The notes below the pieces were generated by a model. That model worked only from the letters and a program-made list of their open reading frames with translations. It had not been told where the DNA came from and searched no databases. 64,000 nucleotides of DNA from Alphaproteobacteria bacterium (GTDB lineage Bacteria > Pseudomonadota > Alphaproteobacteria > G965222575). Location of the stretch: contig OZ244958.1 of NCBI GenBank assembly GCA_965222575.1, forward strand, positions 576,001-640,000, written 5' to 3'. The position numbers and the translations under genes are program-made. How positions within the stretch are numbered: position 1 is the first letter of the stretch; each line of letters begins with the position of its first letter. Shown here one piece after another: positions 58,165 to 64,000 of the stretch.

Positions 58165-58841
58165 ATGTTGTATCGGTTTCCACTCTCTTTAGTTAGGCAG
58201 GGTCTTTTCCCTGTGGTGGCATGGCTTGCGTTACTCCTCTGCCCTAGCGTTGCCTTAGCAGAGGGATTTGTCACCTTTGGATTGGGACGTACAAACTTTG
58301 GTGAAGAGGAAGGCCTGAGGTTCCCGAGGTTTTCAAAGGCAGTAGTTCTCACAGCACGCTTTCTTATGAAGTAGGGATAAGGACTTTTGTCGTTGTGGAC
58401 AGTCAACTGGTTTTAGGATTGGATGCCTTATATTATGACTTTGGTAAAGTGCCTTTTAGTAGAGTTGGTTAAGGGAAAAAAAAGCCTTTTGGTAGAGGGG
58501 ATAGTACTAGAACAAAAAAAGTGAGTAATTACAGTATAGCCCTTACTCTAGGACGCCGTATGTCTTATGGCGGCAAAGCCCTAACCCCTTATGTGAAAGC
58601 TGGAAATGCTAGATATTATTCGGCAGGCGGACACAGAAGTGTTATTTTCCAGGGCAAAACGACAACGATTATAGCGGGGGACAATTTTTCCTATACGTTC
58701 TTTGGGCTTGGTGTGCGCCTAGAAATTACCGACAGACATTTCATAGGATTGGAGAGGATTACCTCTCGTGTACACTTCACTGATAGGAAAATGATACCGT
58801 ACCGGCGTCTTTCTTTTTATTATGCTTATAAGACTTGGTAG
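58165..58841 (+). pseudogene. Outer-membrane beta-barrel paralogue C (multiple frameshifts)
   Basis: Signal peptide in 58165..58374; LTPYVKAG, FGLGVRL and C-terminal YYAYKTW in 58521..58841. Confidence 0.6.
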
Positions 58842-58843
58842 AG

Positions 58844-59647
58844 ATGCAACAAGCTATTAGGATTATCATTGCTCTTTTGTTGATGCTCCCGTATTTTGAG
58901 GTACGTGCGCAGTATCTGTATGCTGGATTTGGTATTGGGAGGACCTTTGCAGGCGGTATCACGGTTCCTTTTGAGAGTCAAATTGAGGGGTCGGACTTAA
59001 AGGCTGAGGGGGATATCCAAGTGGCTGAAAAAAAAGAAGAATTGGTCTCTTTTTCCCTTGGGTATGAAGTGTATAAAAATCGTCTGTTTTGGGGGCTTGA
59101 CTTTACTGTTTTATCTTATGGCATCATGGATCAGATGATGGTGTTGCGTCAACTAAAAGACAATGAGATACTTGTCTCAGGGGATTTAGATAGCGCCCTG
59201 AAGATACCCTTAGAAAAAGTGGAAGGGCATTCTTTCACCTTCATGATGCCCATTGGATTTCAGATGGTGCGGTTTCAAAGCTGGAGTATTATCCCTTACG
59301 GAAAATTTGGCTATAGCCGCACAACGCTTGTTGTCAATCCTCAAGATGTTGATGTAAGGGAGCATGCTGGGGCAGATGTTGTGTTGCCTGAAAACCCTGT
59401 CTTGACGATACAACTCAAAAGAGAGGTCTACAGTAAAATTACTTATGGAGTGGGGGTATATTTTAATAACCATAGGTCTGGGGTAGGGATAAAGATTGAT
59501 TATATGGCCTTTCCTGCTGTACTGCCTCCGCAGATAAAGGGGAGCTTTGTCCAAAATAGTGGTACATTCTCGGCACTGGGGGTAGAAAAACAAGAAAAAA
59601 TCTTCCATACTATCATGGTAAGATTTGTTATACGATTTAGCCCCTGA
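58844..59647 (+). CDS. Outer-membrane beta-barrel paralogue D
   Basis: Signal peptide, YLYAGFGIG, FSLGYE, IIPYGKFGYS and YGVGVYF. Confidence 0.8.
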   Translation: MQQAIRIIIALLLMLPYFEVRAQYLYAGFGIGRTFAGGITVPFESQIEGSDLKAEGDIQVAEKKEELVSFSLGYEVYKNRLFWGLDFTVLSYGIMDQMMVLRQLKDNEILVSGDLDSALKIPLEKVEGHSFTFMMPIGFQMVRFQSWSIIPYGKFGYSRTTLVVNPQDVDVREHAGADVVLPENPVLTIQLKREVYSKITYGVGVYFNNHRSGVGIKIDYMAFPAVLPPQIKGSFVQNSGTFSALGVEKQEKIFHTIMVRFVIRFSP

Positions 59648-59672
59648 ATGATGAAATTGAGCGAGAATTAAA

Positions 59673-60517
59673 ATGAAGAGTTCCTTTATCCCTATTGTTG
59701 TGTTTGCTATCCTCTTGTTGACAAGTGCTAGTGTGTGCCAGGCGGCGCCATTTTTACAAGGGGATAAAAAATTGTATGTCTTGTTTGGGATATCGTCTCC
59801 TTCTATAGAGAAGAAAACCATTGCCTTGAGTCGGTTAGATACGGGGGACTTTGCCGGGGATATCAGCATGAAAAGCAATGAGCTTTTAGCACCCGGGGTG
59901 ACAATAGGGTATGCTTGGCGGTTAGGCAGTTTTGAGGTAGGCGTGGATGTTTCTTATGACTTTTTAAGTGCGACGCAACAGACCTTAGTGCTTAGCAAAT
60001 ATGGAACAGAGGAGGCAATTGCCTATTTTGACGGTACCGCTCACAGGACAGAAGGCTTGAATATCCTTTGAAGGATATCAAGATGAGGAGTTTTTCAATT
60101 TCTTCTCCTTTTGGCGTGAGTGCTGGGCGGCTTCGAACGTGGGATGTCCTGTTCTTTGGTCGCGCCGGTACGCAATATACAAAGACAACCGTCACACAGC
60201 AAGTTTTTTCTCCTGCTTCTTTCAAAAGAGTGAATGAAGCCGATGTAATTGGCACAGAAGGATGGGTCAATTTAGATAAAGATGATGACGACGCCATAGG
60301 AAGCACAACTTTGGGGGGAACCTCCATTTCAAAATTCACTTTGTTGATAGGCGGCGGCGTGAAGTTCTTTGAAGATAGAGGAATCATTGTCAGTCTGGAA
60401 TACCTTTATACACATGTCTTTATTCCTAAGCAGCCTGACAAGGCAGGCTATTTTTCATATGAAGGGTTTAAGGTGCGCATGAAACGGTTGGTGTATTCTG
60501 TAGGATACCGCTTTTGA
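59673..60517 (+). CDS. Outer-membrane beta-barrel paralogue E (1-bp indel near 60066)
   Basis: Signal peptide, TIGYAW; adding one C restores NIPLKDIK (cf. KIPLEKV in D); ends YSVGYRF. Confidence 0.75.
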
Positions 60518-60603
60518 GGTTGGGTTCGTATTAAGAGTTTGTTAATTCCTGCTTAATAGCCTATTACCCAATGGGTTTTGTTGTGGATGGGAGATAGCAT
60601 CTG

Positions 60604-62627
60604 ATGATGTATGAGGCTCTTGTAGCTGGTATTTTGGTGTTCCTTGTGGGGTTGTTGTGGGGCTATAGGCAAGGATGGCGGCGTAGGGGAAGAGAACAGC
60701 TTTCTGCTTGTCTTATTTTGGAGAAAAAAAAAAGTATTTTTTCACGACTAGCGCCCTTAAAACGCTTTTTCCTTCTTGTCGCCCCCATGGCCTGATAGAG
60801 AAAAACCATAGGATTGAAAATATTCTCACGGAAGTTGGTATAGCTTGTACCTCTGTTCGTACGGTAGGCAAGAATACCTATGAGATGCGCTATGGAGATG
60901 GGGCGGTTTTAATTACCAGAGAGGACAGAAAGGAGCAGAGTCTCTTTTTGTTTATTCCCTTTAATTTTTATCACAAGGACTATGAAGAGTCTCTTCGGGA
61001 TGTGGTTCACCAGATAAAGACTCCTTGCGTGATTTTGAATAGGTCTTTTCAGATTATCATGGGGAATCAGGAAGCGGCTTTTCTTTTAGGGCATCAAGGC
61101 AAGGAGGAGTTGATGGAGGCTCTATTGTTTCGATTTTTCAATTTGAGTCACCAAGATAAGCTAGCCTGCATACAAAAGATAAGGCGCAATGGGTTTTATA
61201 GCAGGACAGTGCCCTTGCATGGCGAGGATAAGAAGTCGCGTTCCGCGCAAGCTGTTTTTAAGTCTTTAGCGGACAAGAAGATTTTGTGTCTGTTTTATCA
61301 ACCGACGGTGCATATGGGCAGGCACCTGTTTGTGAGGGATAAAATTCACTCTCTTGGGATGCTAGCGGGACAATTAGCGCATAATTTGAATAATATTCTA
61401 GCCTCTATTGAAGGGTATGGGATGATGCTCAAAGAGATGTTACAGGGCGATGCTTTTGAATTTGCTAAACAGATTTTGGAGGCCTCTTCTCAAGGGAAGG
61501 AAATGGTCAAAGAGGTGTTGTGTGTTGCGCAAAAGGACGCAGTGTCCTCGCCAACAGGAGTCAAAGTGGAGAGAATTGTGAGAGAGTTTCTGAAATTGAT
61601 AGAGCCGACTTTGCCTAAGGAGATATCTCTTTGCGTGGAGATTAGAGGGAGCGGTGAAGTTGGGGTATCGAAGGTAGAGATGATCAATCTTTTAATGAAT
61701 GTGTGTGTGAATGCGAAAAATTCTATGACCATAGGACGCATTAGTATTGAGATTTCTGTGGAGGCGCTAGGCAAAGAGATGGAGGGGAAGTTTGGGGATT
61801 CTAGCACGATTTCTGTGCCTATGAATTTAGAGGAAGATGGGAAAGGGATGAAACACCTGTTTGTCTGTTCTGTGAAGCACAAAGGTCCTTATGTACGGCT
61901 TGTGATTAGGGATGACGGGAAGGGGATAGAAGAGGAGATTTTACCGTATATTTTCCAACCGCTTTTTTCCACTAAAGGGAGCAAGGAAGTGTGTGGGCTA
62001 GGCTTGATGCAGGTGTTAGATGTTATGGTGAAAGCCTGTGGTCTGATTCATGTGTGCACGGCGCGGTCTGTTGGGACGACGATGACATTTTATTTTCCGT
62101 TGAAGAATCGGTCGAATGATGCGGTTGTACCGTATTCAGAGGAGGAAAAGTCCCCGTCTGTTGTGTCACGCAAGAGTTGTATTATGGTGGTGGATGATGA
62201 GGTGTTGGTGACCACGATGCTGGTCTCCTTTTTGAAGCGGCAGGGGTATGGAGCGAAAGGGGAAATTTGTCCTATGGCTGCGCTGAGTCAGTTTGAAAGG
62301 CTTTTTCGGACAAGTGGTCGTCGTCCGTGGGATTTGGTCATTGTAGACCAGACCATGGAGGGCATGACAGGTCTTGAGTTCATAGAAAAGATTAAGGCGT
62401 TAGACCCCATGGTGCCGACGATTTTATGTTCAGGGTACTCCGCTGTCATAGCCGCTAATCAAGGTCTCACCTCTTATGCTGATGGATTTTTACCGAAGCC
62501 TTTTGATTTTAAGAAGTTATCTCGTCTGATAGAAGAGCTGTTAAAGCCCTCTCCAAAGGATAGTTTATGGGAGGTTCCTTCTCATAAAAGGGGCGTACGA
62601 AGTATAGGCCACAAGGGGGAACGTTAG
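60604..62627 (+). CDS. Membrane-anchored hybrid sensor histidine kinase/receiver (CckA-like); frameshift at the A10 run 60724-60733
   Basis: N-terminal TM, PAS-like region, H-box LAGQLAHNLNN, DDGKG, F.TK..GLGL and receiver VVDDE..D..FLPKP. Confidence 0.85.
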
Positions 62628-63336
62628 GGCCTGCGGCGGTGCGGGATTTTTGGTGAAAGATAGCGGGAATTTGTTCTGGTTTCCATTGGTGTTTGCCGAT
62701 TTTCAATAAGGTTCCTACTAGGCACCGCACTTGGTGGTGTAAGAAAGAAGGGGCGCAAGCCGTGATGAACAGGCTGTCTCCTTTAGAGATGAGGTTGAGG
62801 GAAGAGAGGATTTTTTGAGGGGAAGGGGCTTGACAATCTGTGTCTCTGAAGCTTGAGAAGTCATGGTATCCTTCTAGGAGGCGACAGGCTTTTGTCATCA
62901 GTGCGGTATCAAGAGGGACTCTTACCAGCAGGGCGCGATTGCGGTTGAGGCAAAGATGGGCGCGGCGATTGAGGATGTGGTAAACGTATTGTCTCTCTAA
63001 AGCGTTGAATCGCGCATGGAAGTCGGAGGGGACGCTTTGTACATGTAAAATGGAAATTTGTCCGCTGAAGGGGAGGCTTGTGTGGAGATAGTGGTTACAT
63101 CCATCCCGCAACCGTATAGGGGAATGAGGTTTTGAGAAGTCGGCATGGGCGATTTGACATAAGGCATGAACGCCTGCATCCGTACGACCAGCTCCGAAGA
63201 AAGTTGAGGTCTCTGCCGTTAGAGCTTTGGCTGCCTGTTGCAGAAGGGACTGAATACTTATGGCGGTTTTTTGCTTTTGCCAGCCTGCTAATCCTGTGCC
63301 GTCATACTCTATGATAAACAGGTAACGAAAAGACAT
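62509..63336 (-). CDS. truA: tRNA pseudouridine(38-40) synthase TruA
   Basis: EYDGT..GWQ, GAGRTDAGVHA, FHARF, HDFSSFR and FLHHQVR motifs. Confidence 0.96.
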   Translation of the reverse strand: MSFRYLFIIEYDGTGLAGWQKQKTAISIQSLLQQAAKALTAETSTFFGAGRTDAGVHALCQIAHADFSKPHSPIRLRDGCNHYLHTSLPFSGQISILHVQSVPSDFHARFNALERQYVYHILNRRAHLCLNRNRALLVRVPLDTALMTKACRLLEGYHDFSSFRDTDCQAPSPQKILSSLNLISKGDSLFITACAPSFLHHQVRCLVGTLLKIGKHQWKPEQIPAIFHQKSRTAAGPNVPPCGLYFVRPFYEKEPPINYPLERALTALLSDEITS

Positions 63337-63365
63337 AAGGACAATGTTGGTAGAGAGGTAAGTCT

Positions 63366-64000
63366 TCAGAGGAGGGTTTGTCCTAGGAGAGGGAATCCGC
63401 GGAGAAACTCCTGAATATTTTGAGGGTTTTTAGAAGCCCGTTGTAGGGTTTTGAGTTGTAGAGAGCCTTGTCCGCAGGCCACTTGTCCTCCTTGTAGCAC
63501 TTCTCCTACATTAGCCTGTACGTCTCCTTTGAGAGAGCAATTCAAGACTTTAATCACCTCCTTCCTAGCTTGGAACCAGACGCCCGGTTCTTTTCCGAAA
63601 GCAAGGAAGAGGTTATAGAGATTCTGTGCTGGTTTTCTGAAGTCTAGGCGGGTTTGTTGAAAGGTAACAATGGGAGCGGTGGAACTTTCTTCTTCTCTTT
63701 GGGGGGTAGGAATCAGATGCCCTTGTTGGTAGGAGTTTAGGGAATGCAGCAAAAAAGTTGGGGCGGCTTGAGCTAGGAAGTCCGTGATTTGTTCAGTGGT
63801 AGCGGAGAGAGGTCTTAAGAAGGATTGCTGTGCGATGATAGCCCCTGTGTCAGTACCTTTATCCATAATGATGAGGGTCTGTCCTATGGTGCGGTCTCCG
63901 TTTAGGAGTGTGTGTGGGATGGGGCAAGGGCCGCGCCAACGGGGGAGCAAGGAGGGGTGGAGATTGAGGCAGTGTTTTGTCGGCAGGGCTAGAAAAGAGG
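63366..64000 (-). CDS. fmt: Methionyl-tRNA formyltransferase (5' part lies outside the window)
   Basis: CLNLHPSLLPRWRGPCPI and MDKGTDTG; frame open to the window edge; upstream of truA. Confidence 0.93.
   Translation of the reverse strand, partial: SFLALPTKHCLNLHPSLLPRWRGPCPIPHTLLNGDRTIGQTLIIMDKGTDTGAIIAQQSFLRPLSATTEQITDFLAQAAPTFLLHSLNSYQQGHLIPTPQREEESSTAPIVTFQQTRLDFRKPAQNLYNLFLAFGKEPGVWFQARKEVIKVLNCSLKGDVQANVGEVLQGGQVACGQGSLQLKTLQRASKNPQNIQEFLRGFPLLGQTLL

Overview
Chromosomal window from a divergent, probably host-associated Alphaproteobacterium. The basis is a complete alphaproteobacterial 16S rRNA gene, a permuted two-piece tmRNA and alpha-type gene orders such as dnaB-alr-mlaE-mlaF and mfd-sdhE/recG. 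Housekeeping genes include sufBC, ruvB-ybgC-tolQRA, znuA/zur-znuCB, mfd, recG, cca, rlmE, ispB, purCSQL, grxD, rpsP-trmD-rplS, HU, recO, rluD, cysQ, dnaB, truA and a partial fmt. They are interleaved with host-interaction-type loci: six tandem signal-peptide ankyrin genes (one a recombinant chimera), two more secreted ankyrins, a two-domain subtilase, IalB, a four-gene lipo-secretin (T2SS-like) module beside an orphan YscE-like chaperone, and five tandem outer-membrane beta-barrel paralogues. The rRNA operon is broken. The 16S gene stands alone and is followed by a ~1.3 kb array of 83-bp repeats. tRNA-Ile/tRNA-Ala lie 4 kb away on the other strand and are followed, not by 23S, but by a ~3 kb block bracketed by 25-bp IS-like inverted repeats. 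That block carries an ankyrin gene and P2-like phage tail remnants: a -1 slippery site and duplicated modules of an antisense membrane gene plus a tape-measure start. S16 has ~20 copies of a 10-aa repeat where rimM would be. Several single-base frameshifts in conserved genes suggest imperfect long-read polishing, so frameshift-based claims are provisional. All assignments are by eye; no searches were run.
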